Below are positions 56,342-64,000 of a stretch of 64,000 nucleotides of DNA, one piece after another. Location: the NCBI GenBank assembly GCA_964488535.1, contig CAZAUT010000004.1:3409-67408 (forward strand). The letters are read 5' to 3'. The notes under the pieces were generated by a model that worked only from the letters and a program-made list of their open reading frames with translations, was not told where the DNA came from and ran no database searches. The first letter of the stretch is position 1. The number at the start of each line of letters is the position of its first letter. The DNA is from an uncultured Gammaproteobacteria bacterium. Lineage in GTDB: Bacteria; Patescibacteriota; Microgenomatia; UBA8517. A program made the position numbers and the translations under genes.

Positions 56342-58660
56342 ATGGATAAAACATACAACCCCAAAGAACATGAAAAAAAGATTTATGAGATGTGGGAAAC
56401 GTCAAACGTCTTTAGTCCAAAAATTCCTTTGGAGAAAAAGGCCCTCCGGGTCGGAGACCCTCCGGGTCGGAGACCGTTCACAATAATTCTCCCCCTTCCC
56501 AACGCAAACGACCCAATGCATATGGGGCATGCTCTTTTTACAATCCAGGACATAATGATCCGCTACCACAGGATGCTTGGCGACCCAACGCTTTGGCTAC
56601 CCGGTGGAGACCACGCGGGAATTGAAACACAGTTTGTTTTTGAAAAACATTTGAAAGAAGAAGGAAAATCGCGATTTGATTTTGACCGCGAAACGCTTTA
56701 TAAAAAAATAAAAGAATATTCCGACAAGAACAAAGACCTTAATAAAAACCAGATGAAACTCCTTGGTTTTTCCATGGATTGGAGCCGGTATCATTATTCC
56801 CTTGAGCCGGAAATTGTCGAAAAAGTTCTTGCTACGTTTCGAAAACTTCATGACGACGGACTTGTATACAGGGGTGAACGGATTGTTAATTACTGCACTT
56901 TCTGCGGAACCGCTTTTTCGGAGCTTGAAGTTGAATATAAAGAAAAAGACGACTTTTTATACTTCCTTGATTATAAAAGTATAAAAATAGCAACAACCCG
57001 AACCGAAACAATATTTGCCGATGTCGCCGTTGCCTTCAACCCCAAAGACAAAAGATATCAAGGGTTGATAGGTAAAACCGCCACGATTCCCTTGATAGAT
57101 ATTAAGATCCCAATAATCTCCGATGATAATATCGATATCAAATTCGGAACCGGAGCTCTTAAGGTAACTCCCGCCCACGATCCGTTGGATTTTGAGATCG
57201 GAGTCAAAAACAGCCTTAAAACAATAAGTATCATCCAAACCAACGGACAATTGTCCGATAACCCACGGGTCCCCCAGGAATTGCGCGGTCTTTATGTTAA
57301 CCAAGCAAGAGAGAAAACACTGGAACTTCTAACCAAAGCGGGAGCTCTAATCAAAAAGGAACCCCTAAAACACTCCGTCGGGACTTGTTATAAATGCGGT
57401 CGGACAATAGAACCTCTGGTAATACCGCAATGGTTTGTTAAAACAAAACCGCTTGCAAAACCCGCAATAGATGCCATCAAAAAAGGCAAAACGAAAATAT
57501 TTCCGAAGAAACGATTTGAAAAACTGTATTTCGACTGGATGGAAAATATCCGCGACTGGAATATCAGCCGGCAAATTGTGTGGGGTCCCAGAATTCCCGT
57601 TTGGTATTGTTTGGAGTGTAATCCCGATATTCAAATTAATTTTATTGATAAAAACAAATCTGTAGTTTTCGGATCTTATAAAGATCTGGTAAATAATTAC
57701 AGTTTTGAAATTATAGCCAACGGATTACAGACAATAAGCGCGCCAAAAGATGCCAACTATCATTTGAGTGATAATAATTGTCCCAGGTGTGGCTCCGCCC
57801 ACGTCTTACAGGAAACGGACACGTTTGACACCTGGTTTCTTAGCGGACAGTGGCCCCTCACCACGCTCGGGATAAACGTCAACAGCCCTGAGAATAGCTC
57901 GCCTGATTTTAAGTATTTTTACCCAACTTCTGTTCTTGATACCTTGTGGGATATCTTGTTTTTCTGGGTTGGCAGAATGATGATGCTTGGAATTTATCTG
58001 ACAGGGAAAGCGCCGTTTGATGTTGTACACATTCATTCAAGGGTTGTTGATAAATTCGGAAAGAAGATGAGCAAAAGCAAAGGAAATGTTGTTGACCCGA
58101 TAACCGTTGTTAACCAGCATGGCGCCGACGCTCTTCGCTGGGCTTTGGTTGTTGGGATAGCACCTGCATCCGACATTGCGATAAGCGATGAAAAAATAAT
58201 CGGGGCAAGAAATTTCGCAAACAAGCTTTGGAACATGTCGCGATTTATCAATATGAAACTACAAGATTCGGGGATTAAATCCTACGACAATCTCCCCTCT
58301 TACGAAGACAATAATAAGGATTTAAATAGCGACGATAAAAAAATTATCAAAAAATTAAAAGCAATTATAAAAACGGTTACGGAAAATATTGAAGGGTATA
58401 AATTCGGTTTGGCCGCTGAAAAACTTTACGGGTTTGTGTGGCACGACTTTGCTGATTCTTACATTGAATCGACAAAAGAGCGTCTTGCAAGTTGTGACAA
58501 AACTCCTTTAATTGTTTTACGGCACGTCTTATACAACAGCCTTAAACTTCTTCATCCCTTCATGCCCTTTGTAACGGAGGCAATTTGGCAGGAGATGAAC
58601 GATCAGAGGAAACATTCTGACAAGATGTTGATAGAATCGAAATGGCCGGAAATAAAATAG
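56342..58660 (+). CDS. valS: valine--tRNA ligase (compact form)
   Basis: HMGHA (HIGH), TLWLPGGDHAGIETQ, TTRTETIFADVAVAFNPKDKRY, KMSKSKGN. There is a GC-rich 16-nt tandem duplication at 56443-56476. Confidence 0.8.
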   Translation: MDKTYNPKEHEKKIYEMWETSNVFSPKIPLEKKALRVGDPPGRRPFTIILPLPNANDPMHMGHALFTIQDIMIRYHRMLGDPTLWLPGGDHAGIETQFVFEKHLKEEGKSRFDFDRETLYKKIKEYSDKNKDLNKNQMKLLGFSMDWSRYHYSLEPEIVEKVLATFRKLHDDGLVYRGERIVNYCTFCGTAFSELEVEYKEKDDFLYFLDYKSIKIATTRTETIFADVAVAFNPKDKRYQGLIGKTATIPLIDIKIPIISDDNIDIKFGTGALKVTPAHDPLDFEIGVKNSLKTISIIQTNGQLSDNPRVPQELRGLYVNQAREKTLELLTKAGALIKKEPLKHSVGTCYKCGRTIEPLVIPQWFVKTKPLAKPAIDAIKKGKTKIFPKKRFEKLYFDWMENIRDWNISRQIVWGPRIPVWYCLECNPDIQINFIDKNKSVVFGSYKDLVNNYSFEIIANGLQTISAPKDANYHLSDNNCPRCGSAHVLQETDTFDTWFLSGQWPLTTLGINVNSPENSSPDFKYFYPTSVLDTLWDILFFWVGRMMMLGIYLTGKAPFDVVHIHSRVVDKFGKKMSKSKGNVVDPITVVNQHGADALRWALVVGIAPASDIAISDEKIIGARNFANKLWNMSRFINMKLQDSGIKSYDNLPSYEDNNKDLNSDDKKIIKKLKAIIKTVTENIEGYKFGLAAEKLYGFVWHDFADSYIESTKERLASCDKTPLIVLRHVLYNSLKLLHPFMPFVTEAIWQEMNDQRKHSDKMLIESKWPEIK

Positions 58661-58715
58661 ATATTAGGATATTAAGATACAAGGATATTAGGATATAAAG
58701 ACATTGGGAGAAAAA

Positions 58716-59402
58716 CTATTCTTTCTTTTCGTCTTCTGAAGATTCTTCTTTCGCCGCCTCTCCCTCTGCCGGTTTTTCACCTTCACCTTCCGCGGGAGCA
58801 GTTTCACCTTCGGCGGATTCGGTAGGGGCAACCTCAACGGGTTCTTCTTTCTGAAGTTCTATTTTTACAACGATTTCGTCCGGGTCGTTGGCAATTGTAA
58901 GTTTGTTCTTGTCATATTTCAAATCTTTTATCGCCAAACTCTGATCCGCCTCCGTAAGTCCTTCAACGTCGACATTAATTTTATCAATTAGATCTCCGGG
59001 CAGCGCCTCGACTTCTACTTCATCAATATATGAAACAAGCGTCCCAAGTCCTTGTTTTTCTGCCGGCGCTGTCCCTGTAATTTCTAAAGGAATGTTCGCA
59101 GTAACCTTTTTTTTCAAATCAATCTTGAAAAAATCAACATGAATCGGTGTCAATTCAATGGGGTCGTTCTGGATATTATGAATCAGAACAGGATAGACAT
59201 CTTTTCCAACCAAGAGCTCTACAACCGATGTTTCACCTGCTTTTTCGTATGCTTTTCTAAACTCCTTTGCATCAAGCGTAAGGGAGACGCTTTTAATATC
59301 CGGTCCGTAAACGTTGGCCGGCAGTTTCCCCGCTTTTCGCAAACGCTTAACTTTTCTTCCAACATCTTCTCTTTTTTCTGCGGAAATTGAAATTTTATTC
59401 AT
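58716..59402 (-). CDS. rplY: 50S ribosomal protein L25 (Ctc/general stress form) with acidic C-terminal tail
   Basis: ...GKLPANVYG...ETSVVELLVGKDVYPVLIHNIQ...IHVDFFK... followed by a Glu/Ala/Pro-rich tail. Start placed at MNKISISAEKR. Confidence 0.75.
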   Translation of the reverse strand: MNKISISAEKREDVGRKVKRLRKAGKLPANVYGPDIKSVSLTLDAKEFRKAYEKAGETSVVELLVGKDVYPVLIHNIQNDPIELTPIHVDFFKIDLKKKVTANIPLEITGTAPAEKQGLGTLVSYIDEVEVEALPGDLIDKINVDVEGLTEADQSLAIKDLKYDKNKLTIANDPDEIVVKIELQKEEPVEVAPTESAEGETAPAEGEGEKPAEGEAAKEESSEDEKKE

Positions 59403-59736
59403 ATTTTTCCAACAAGTAGGAATTATATCTTTTATGTAACACGTCTGCAATACTTAATACGAGACGTGTGATACGAAAAACGAAACATGGATAACGAAAA
59501 TTGCTGTAAAGAAATTTGAAAACAGCAACAGAGATTAGGTATTGAAAAACACCGTTTACGAAATTCAATTTCCAGTTTTTCCATTACCAATTTCAAATTT
59601 CCCTCAACCAATTTCTGTTTACCGTCTGCTGTTTGTTGTTTTCCATTCCTCCCGACATCCCGGTATCGTAATGTCACAACATCTATCCTTTTTTTCAGGT
59701 GAAGTTGGAACTTTATAAACTGTCGGTACATGAAAT

Positions 59737-60156
59737 TCAGATCTTTTCATCAAGTGTTTTGTTAACTAAAGCATCCGCTTCTCTGTTTTTTTCCCGAGGT
59801 ATATAAGTAAATGAAGTTTTGATTCCCAACCCTTTCAATATTGAAAATATTTTTGAAGAAATATTTTTTAGTTTCTCGTTTTTAATTTTATATTCTCCGT
59901 TAAGCTGTTTAACCACAAGTTCGGAATCGATAAAAAATTCGGCCTGAATATAAAGGTTTTTGTTTTTTGACAGCCAATCAAGAGCCATCAAAACGGCAAA
60001 GTATTCCGCGACGTTGTTGGTCGTTCTTTCAAAGAAATAGCCATGTTCAAAAACAGCTTTACCGTCAACGAGGACTACAAAGGCTGAGGCTCCCGGACCG
60101 GGGTTACCTCTTGAACCGCCGTCTGTAAATATTTCTGCGTTTTTTTGGAGAATCAT
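59737..60156 (-). CDS. rnhA: ribonuclease HI
   Basis: IFTDGGSRGNPGPGA...NNVAEYFAVLMAL...DSELVVKQ. Start placed at the internal MILQKN to avoid overlap with jag. Confidence 0.7.
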   Translation of the reverse strand: MILQKNAEIFTDGGSRGNPGPGASAFVVLVDGKAVFEHGYFFERTTNNVAEYFAVLMALDWLSKNKNLYIQAEFFIDSELVVKQLNGEYKIKNEKLKNISSKIFSILKGLGIKTSFTYIPREKNREADALVNKTLDEKI

Positions 60157-60160
60157 GTGG

Positions 60161-60637
60161 TCACTTTTTTGAAACGACAAGGTATCTGTCCGCGCCATCA
60201 CCTACCGATTCGGTACGAAGATCTTCTTCTTTGGATAAAGTCAAATGCACTGCTCTTCTTTGAGAAGGCGTAAGGTTGTATAAATTTTGTGCCTGTCCCG
60301 TTTCTCTAACCCTTTCGGCTGTCTGTAAGGCAATCTGAGACATTCTGTCGGTTTCTTTTTGGCGAAAATCGTTAACATTAACAACCACCCTCAGCCACTC
60401 GCCGAGGTTCTGCCGGACAATTTGATTGATAATAATCTGAAAAGCGTTTATAGTGTCCCCTCTTTTGCCAATTAAAAGACCTGCTGCATCACCCGCGTTA
60501 ACATCAAGCAGATAAACTTCGTTTTCTTTATCAAAAGATACTTTTTGAGAAACCTCAACACCCACGGCAGTAAAAAGTTTTTTGGCAACGTCCAGCACCG
60601 TCTCTTCTTTTGAAATCTTGGCTTTCCGGTTTGTCAT
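60161..60637 (-). CDS. Jag/KhpB (KH plus R3H RNA-binding protein)
   Basis: KH LIGKRGDTINAFQ, and R3H LTPSQRRAVHLTL...VGDGADRYLVV. Confidence 0.7.
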   Translation of the reverse strand: MTNRKAKISKEETVLDVAKKLFTAVGVEVSQKVSFDKENEVYLLDVNAGDAAGLLIGKRGDTINAFQIIINQIVRQNLGEWLRVVVNVNDFRQKETDRMSQIALQTAERVRETGQAQNLYNLTPSQRRAVHLTLSKEEDLRTESVGDGADRYLVVSKK

Positions 60638-61551
60638 TCTGAGGGTGATTTTAACAGATTATACTTTGTTAGGAAAGGGGTTAATCCTCCCCATCCGGAA
60701 GAACGAACCTGCGAATATGCTTGGGTTAAAGAAAAGATGAGCCAGTATAACGCCAGCCCCGAAGGAAATTGGTATCCTATCACCAAAGTCATTAACGGAA
60801 ATGTGTATATCATGCTTTTTTGCATGGTAACCTGCATGTCATCGATTTCACTTTTCGTCTTTCTGGCGATTTTTTCTTCTGCCTTTACCACGGGTGCTGT
60901 AATTTTTGCCGAAATGAATTGCGTCAGTGCTGCAAGCAAGAGTAGGGGTCCCGGAACAGCAAAAGGCAAAAGGGATAATTTGACGGTGTCGGGTGTTTTA
61001 ACATCAAATATCCAAAATTTCGTATTTATTTCCTCTCCCGGAGCAAAACGAAGGGGTTCGTATACAAGCGCGTTAAATTTCTCTACCGAATTAACGTCCG
61101 GGTAAAGAGTTTTGGAAAAAACGTTAAAAAAAGCAATGAGAATTATTATTTGTAAAAGATATGGAAGACAGCCGGAACTTGGGTTTATGTTATTTTGTTT
61201 GTAAAGATCGGCTTGTGCCTGCGCAAGTTTGATTTTATCTCCTTTGTGTTTTTCCTTAATTTTTGAGAGCGCGGGTGCGAGGTCCTTCATTTTTTTCATT
61301 GACTCGGTATACGGCTTTGTTAAGGGGTTAAGAATAAAACGCAAAAAGAGGGTAAAAAATATTATTGCCAAGCCCATATTGTTTCCCATTGCCCTGTAAA
61401 AAAGAATCAGACCGCTGGCAAGGGGCTGCAGCAACAACACTTCAAAAATATTCATGACTTTTGTAATTGTATGGCTAAGATCGGCATTACTCAAGGGGGA
61501 AGTTAAATTTCCAATAAGTACACTGAGTTCGCACGTTGTCATTACCAACAC
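60634..61551 (-). CDS. yidC: membrane protein insertase YidC (short form)
   Basis: ...GCLPYLLQIIILIAFFNVF... Likely true start is the internal MNIFEV (about 61455). Confidence 0.8.
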   Translation of the reverse strand: MLVMTTCELSVLIGNLTSPLSNADLSHTITKVMNIFEVLLLQPLASGLILFYRAMGNNMGLAIIFFTLFLRFILNPLTKPYTESMKKMKDLAPALSKIKEKHKGDKIKLAQAQADLYKQNNINPSSGCLPYLLQIIILIAFFNVFSKTLYPDVNSVEKFNALVYEPLRFAPGEEINTKFWIFDVKTPDTVKLSLLPFAVPGPLLLLAALTQFISAKITAPVVKAEEKIARKTKSEIDDMQVTMQKSMIYTFPLMTLVIGYQFPSGLALYWLIFSLTQAYSQVRSSGWGGLTPFLTKYNLLKSPSE

Positions 61552-61669
61552 GATTTGGAATCTTTGATAAAATCTTAAGCTCTGCTTATGTGCGGAAATT
61601 CATTTATATAGATTCCCGCATTAGGGGGATGACAAGATAGAATTTCTGTATAAACGCACTGCTCGTGGT

Positions 61670-61912
61670 TCACACAGGATATTTCCGAGAGTGTTTTGAG
61701 AGCGGGTTGCAGCGTAGTATTCTTACCAGCGACAATGCACATCCTTTTACAATTCCATGTTTCTCAAATGCTTGTTTGCTATATTCGGAGCAGGTTGGTT
61801 CAAATCTACACCCTCCTCCAAACAGAGTTACAAAAACGGGGGAAACAAACGTTTTATAAACGTTTAAGGTAAAACTACTTTTCTTCGCGGGGGATTTTTT
61901 TGTCATAAACAT
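61670..61912 (-). CDS. yidD: membrane protein insertion efficiency factor YidD
   Basis: [19 protein letters not shown]...RILRCNP signature. Confidence 0.75.
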   Translation of the reverse strand: MFMTKKSPAKKSSFTLNVYKTFVSPVFVTLFGGGCRFEPTCSEYSKQAFEKHGIVKGCALSLVRILRCNPLSKHSRKYPV

Positions 61913-62237
61913 GACTATCGATAAAACGTTCGACCTCTTTCATGATTTCGGAAACAGGAACTCTTTCCACCGCCGGCTTGATCAAAAAAACAAGATCGAT
62001 TCCGTCATTAACTTTCTTCCAGTTTCTCCTTAAAACATCGCGAAAAGCTCTTCTTGCTCTGTTTCGGTGTACGGAAAGCTTTGATACTTTGTTTGAAATA
62101 ATTATTCCAAAACGGGGATTGCCGATGTTTTCCCTGTGCCTGACCAAAACACCAAAACTATCGCTTTGATACAGCTTTCCGACATCTTTAAGTTTACCAA
62201 ATGCTTTTCTGGAAAGTGTAAACCTTGTTGCAAACAT
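61875..62237 (-). CDS. rnpA: ribonuclease P protein component
   Basis: [15 protein letters not shown] motif. Start placed at [11 protein letters not shown] (ATG 62235-62237), because the longer annotated N-terminus overlaps rpmH in another frame. Confidence 0.7.
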   Translation of the reverse strand: MFATRFTLSRKAFGKLKDVGKLYQSDSFGVLVRHRENIGNPRFGIIISNKVSKLSVHRNRARRAFRDVLRRNWKKVNDGIDLVFLIKPAVERVPVSEIMKEVERFIDSHVYDKKIPREEK

Positions 62238-62253
62238 ACGCTCATTGAAGACG

Positions 62254-62397
62254 CTACGATATTGTAACTCTTTTTCTGTGAACAAGTTTCCGCCTTTTGA
62301 TAATTTTTCTGCCCTTTTGGGTTGAATTTCTTCTCCTGAAGCCAAGCTTTTTAACTCTCTTCTTTTTTGACGGCTGATATGTTCGTTTTGTGGACAT
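62254..62397 (-). CDS. rpmH: 50S ribosomal protein L34
   Basis: Not in the ORF track. Hand-translated as MSTKRTYQPSKKKRVKKLGFRRRNSTQKGRKIIKRRKLVHRKRVTIS*, which matches the L34 consensus (MKRTYQPS...HGFR.RM.T..GR.VL.RRR.KGR..L). It sits in the canonical position upstream of rnpA. Confidence 0.85.
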   Translation of the reverse strand: MSTKRTYQPSKKKRVKKLGFRRRNSTQKGRKIIKRRKLVHRKRVTIS

Positions 62398-62642
62398 ACT
62401 CGTATTATATTAGAAAAATCTTCACAAATAAATACCAATTTTTCTCCGAGCCGGAGGCAAATGTCACCAATGCCTAATTGGGGATTTGTATTTATTTGGT
62501 AATTGGTGTTCATTTGTATTTATTTACTGGTGTTTCGCCCTTTTTTGGGGTTGACTAATTGTGGATAACTTTATATTAGTATCTTTGTAGGGATAAGATA
62601 TTTTCTTGGTATTTACACTGCTCCAGTTCTTACTGCAATCAT
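62398..62642. promoter_or_regulatory. putative oriC / dnaA promoter region with DnaA box TGTGGATAA (62560-62568)
   Basis: Divergent rpmH/dnaA intergenic region. It has one perfect DnaA box and AT-rich repeats (ATTTGTATTTATTT x3). TTGACT-N16-ATATTA overlaps the box. Confidence 0.45.
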
Positions 62643-64000
62643 ATGGAAAGTATTGATAAAGACAAACTATGGAAAGACGTGTGCGAAAATCTTAAGTTAA
62701 GTGTCTCTTCAGCCGTGTTTCAAACCTGGTTTTTACATACTCACATTGCCGAAATATCCAATTCAAACGGGCGTCACGCCGTCGATGTTGGGTGTCCGAC
62801 TATGTTCGTAAGAACTACTATCGAAACCAGGTATTTCGGAATGATCCAGGATGCTCTCAGCGGTTTTCTCAAGTCGCCTGTCGATCTTATTTTTTCCGTT
62901 AAGCAAAAAAACGACATCCCTTCTTCTTCGGTTGCCGTACCTCTGTTTGAAAAACAAGCCCCCGACAGCGAAAAATTAAATATGGCGCTCTCGCGCTCGC
63001 GTCTACGCCCAACCTTTACGTTCAAAAATTTCGCCGTGTCCTCTTCTAATCAGATGGCTTGGGCTGCAGCCGAAGCTGTCTCTAAAAATCCGGGTGGGGC
63101 CTACAACCCGCTATTTATTTACGGAGGTGTTGGAATTGGAAAAACACATCTCATGAGTGCGGTGGGGCATGTGGTACTTGAGAAAAATACCGATGCAAAA
63201 ATTTACTTCTGTACAGGTGAGGAATTCACCAATGACATCGTCGAGGGTATAAGAAACAAAACAACTCAAAGCTTCAGAAACAAGTACCGTAAACTCGATC
63301 TTTTAATGATTGACGATATTCAATTTATCGCAGGAAAGGATTCTGTTCAGGAAGAGTTTTTTCATACATTTAACGCATTGGTCGGTGAATCTTCCCAGGT
63401 TGTACTGACATCCGACAGACCTCCTTCTGAAATTCAAAGACTGGAAGAACGTCTCAGGAGCCGTTTTGAAGCCGGTCTTATTGTTGACATTGCACCACCC
63501 GACTTTGAGCTTCGGTGTGCCATTCTCGAAATTAAAGCCAGGCAAAGAGGTGTTAATATACCTACCAACTTGGTTCATATGATCGCCGGAAATATTGATA
63601 CACCAAGGAAAATAGAAGGTTTTTTAATTAAACTAATGTCGCGTATGTCGCTTAATAATGTCCAACTCACTGAAGATCTTGTTGAAAGTATTATCGAAAA
63701 GGGTGAGAATGTTCTTCAAACAAAACAAAAGGTCTCCCCGGAAGACGCCGTAGGTGCGATATTAAAATATTATTCACTTGGGAAAAAGCAGCTTCTTGGA
63801 AGTTGCCGGGCAAAACAATACTCTCAGCCGAGACAGATACTGATGTATCTTCTCCGAACTCAACTTTCACTTCCGTATGAAGAAGTAGGAAGGTTTGTAG
63901 GAAGAGATCATTCGACGGTTATGCACGCTGTGGAAAAGATTGCACAAATGGCTTCGGAGAATGTGCAAATCCGTGAGGATATCCAGAGGATAAAAAGCTC
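62643..64000 (+). CDS. dnaA: chromosomal replication initiator DnaA (partial; continues past the window end)
   Basis: Not in the ORF track (no stop in the window). Hand-translated: Walker A GGVGIGKTHLM, Walker B LLMIDDIQF, sensor SDRPP, domain IV GRDHSTVMHAVEKI. Confidence 0.9.
   Translation, partial: MESIDKDKLWKDVCENLKLSVSSAVFQTWFLHTHIAEISNSNGRHAVDVGCPTMFVRTTIETRYFGMIQDALSGFLKSPVDLIFSVKQKNDIPSSSVAVPLFEKQAPDSEKLNMALSRSRLRPTFTFKNFAVSSSNQMAWAAAEAVSKNPGGAYNPLFIYGGVGIGKTHLMSAVGHVVLEKNTDAKIYFCTGEEFTNDIVEGIRNKTTQSFRNKYRKLDLLMIDDIQFIAGKDSVQEEFFHTFNALVGESSQVVLTSDRPPSEIQRLEERLRSRFEAGLIVDIAPPDFELRCAILEIKARQRGVNIPTNLVHMIAGNIDTPRKIEGFLIKLMSRMSLNNVQLTEDLVESIIEKGENVLQTKQKVSPEDAVGAILKYYSLGKKQLLGSCRAKQYSQPRQILMYLLRTQLSLPYEEVGRFVGRDHSTVMHAVEKIAQMASENVQIREDIQRIKS

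Noticed and set aside
60636-60650. Additional TGTCATTCTGAG copy of the MITE terminus at the yidC/jag junction
   Set aside because: The match is explained by the overlapping yidC stop and jag start (TCAGAATGACAA is the reverse complement of ...tgtcATTCTGA, covering TGA and ATG), so it is likely coincidental.
62238-62513. N-terminal 90 residues of the annotated 212-aa RnpA ORF
   Set aside because: This stretch contains a complete, well-conserved rpmH (L34) gene in another frame and AT-rich origin repeats. RnpA more plausibly starts at ATG 62235-62237.

Overview
This is an AT-rich (roughly 37-40% GC) bacterial chromosomal window. Its gene content resembles a Candidate Phyla Radiation / Patescibacteria-type genome: minimal aminoacyl-tRNA synthetases, a short YidC, weak Shine-Dalgarno signals, and many GT-C membrane glycosyltransferases. 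The 3' end holds the replication-origin neighbourhood. rpmH (found in an alternative frame, not in the ORF track), rnpA, yidD, yidC and jag lie on the minus strand. They are divergent from a partial dnaA (62643 to the window end, also missing from the track), with a canonical DnaA box TGTGGATAA between them. Housekeeping genes are present: groES/groEL, metG, valS, a tsaC-tsaE fusion followed by tsaD, rplY (L25), rnhA, tRNA-Cys(GCA), an M23 peptidase, Hsp20, RmuC, an aldehyde dehydrogenase, a PcrA/UvrD helicase and a second UvrD-family helicase fused to a Cas4-like nuclease. Most of the first 44 kb is an accessory surface-glycoconjugate island, broken up by two helicase genes and a cluster of hydrolase-like genes around 20-26 kb. 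It has at least five GT-C (GT39/ArnT-like) paralogs, a DUF2298 YYY-type protein, a GT87/DUF2029-like protein, a GT2, a GT4, two SAM-dependent methyltransferases, a HAD-like hydrolase, a UDP-xylose-synthase-like epimerase, a WecA/MraY-family transferase and a UbiA-family enzyme with the decaprenyl-phosphate phosphoribosyltransferase (DPPR synthase) motif. The most unusual feature is that the window carries several families of short dispersed repeats. These include TGTCATTC-terminated MITE-like inverted-repeat elements, GC-rich hairpin elements, a perfect 24-nt palindrome, AAACTCAAAAG and GTAAAAGAG arrays, and TACTACA microsatellites. Many copies sit in-frame inside conserved genes (tsaD, valS, the UXS-like gene, both helicases, FemAB-like, GT87-like and a GT39 paralog), producing peptide insertions. 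No CRISPR, rRNA, transposase or integrase was recognised.
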